Shown here one piece after another: positions 63,903 through 64,000 of a DNA stretch of 64,000 nucleotides. The translations under genes and the position numbers were made by a program. This DNA is from Octopus sinensis. Lineage: Eukaryota. The notes under the pieces are model-generated. The model did no database searches, was not told where the DNA came from, and was given only the letters and a program-made list of their open reading frames with translations. Position 1 is the stretch's first letter; the number at the start of each line of letters is the position of its first letter. Location: contig NC_042997.1 of assembly GCF_006345805.1 (NCBI RefSeq), forward strand, positions 163,432,001 through 163,496,000, written 5' to 3'.

Positions 63903-64000
63903 CTAACATCGTAGCACTGTCTCTTGCCACTGGGTCGCTACTGGTTCTTCAGCTCCATTCTCAATGACAAATGCACTCTGAATTTTTCGAGCATTTGGAT
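63903..64000 (-). CDS. Probable end of the last coding exon of a minus-strand host gene (...PNARKIQSAFVIENGAEEPVATQWQETVLRC*), continuing beyond the window
   Basis: Non-repetitive, higher-GC segment with a 31-codon open frame, followed by ~1.4 kb of repeat-poor AT-rich DNA consistent with a 3'UTR; frame not certain (an alternative frame gives IQMLEKFRVHLSLRMELKNQ*). Confidence 0.4.
   Translation of the reverse strand, partial: PNARKIQSAFVIENGAEEPVATQWQETVLRC

Overview
AT-rich, repeat-saturated animal genomic DNA. The SINE, microsatellite and LINE repertoire looks like a coleoid cephalopod, probably Octopus (inference from recalled repeat families). No complete host gene is evident: nearly all ORFs in the track are microsatellite or repeat artefacts, and only a probable terminal coding exon at the right edge (minus strand) and a few weak exon candidates remain. 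Mobile DNA includes a decayed full-length mariner (31340-32609), an internally deleted Tc1-superfamily element, a non-autonomous Helitron (30482-31309), hAT-, piggyBac- and Mutator-type MITEs with TSDs, RTE LINE 3' ends (one with a ~60-bp minisatellite), a Tx1/L1-clade LINE sitting inside a (GA/TC)n tract, and several tRNA-derived SINE families. The most interesting layer is RNA structure. At least nine hammerhead-ribozyme-like motifs lie in Penelope-type pseudo-LTR relics, including a palindrome whose two arms both carry a hammerhead with a swapped G3-C8 core (GUGAACA instead of CUGANGA). A SINE family shares its 3' tail with Tx1-type LINEs, the RTE 3'UTR repeat units could each form a pseudoknot, and 9-15 kb holds a dense cluster of fold-backs including a 1.3-kb near-perfect inverted duplication. 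All structures were derived by eye; nothing was computed or searched.
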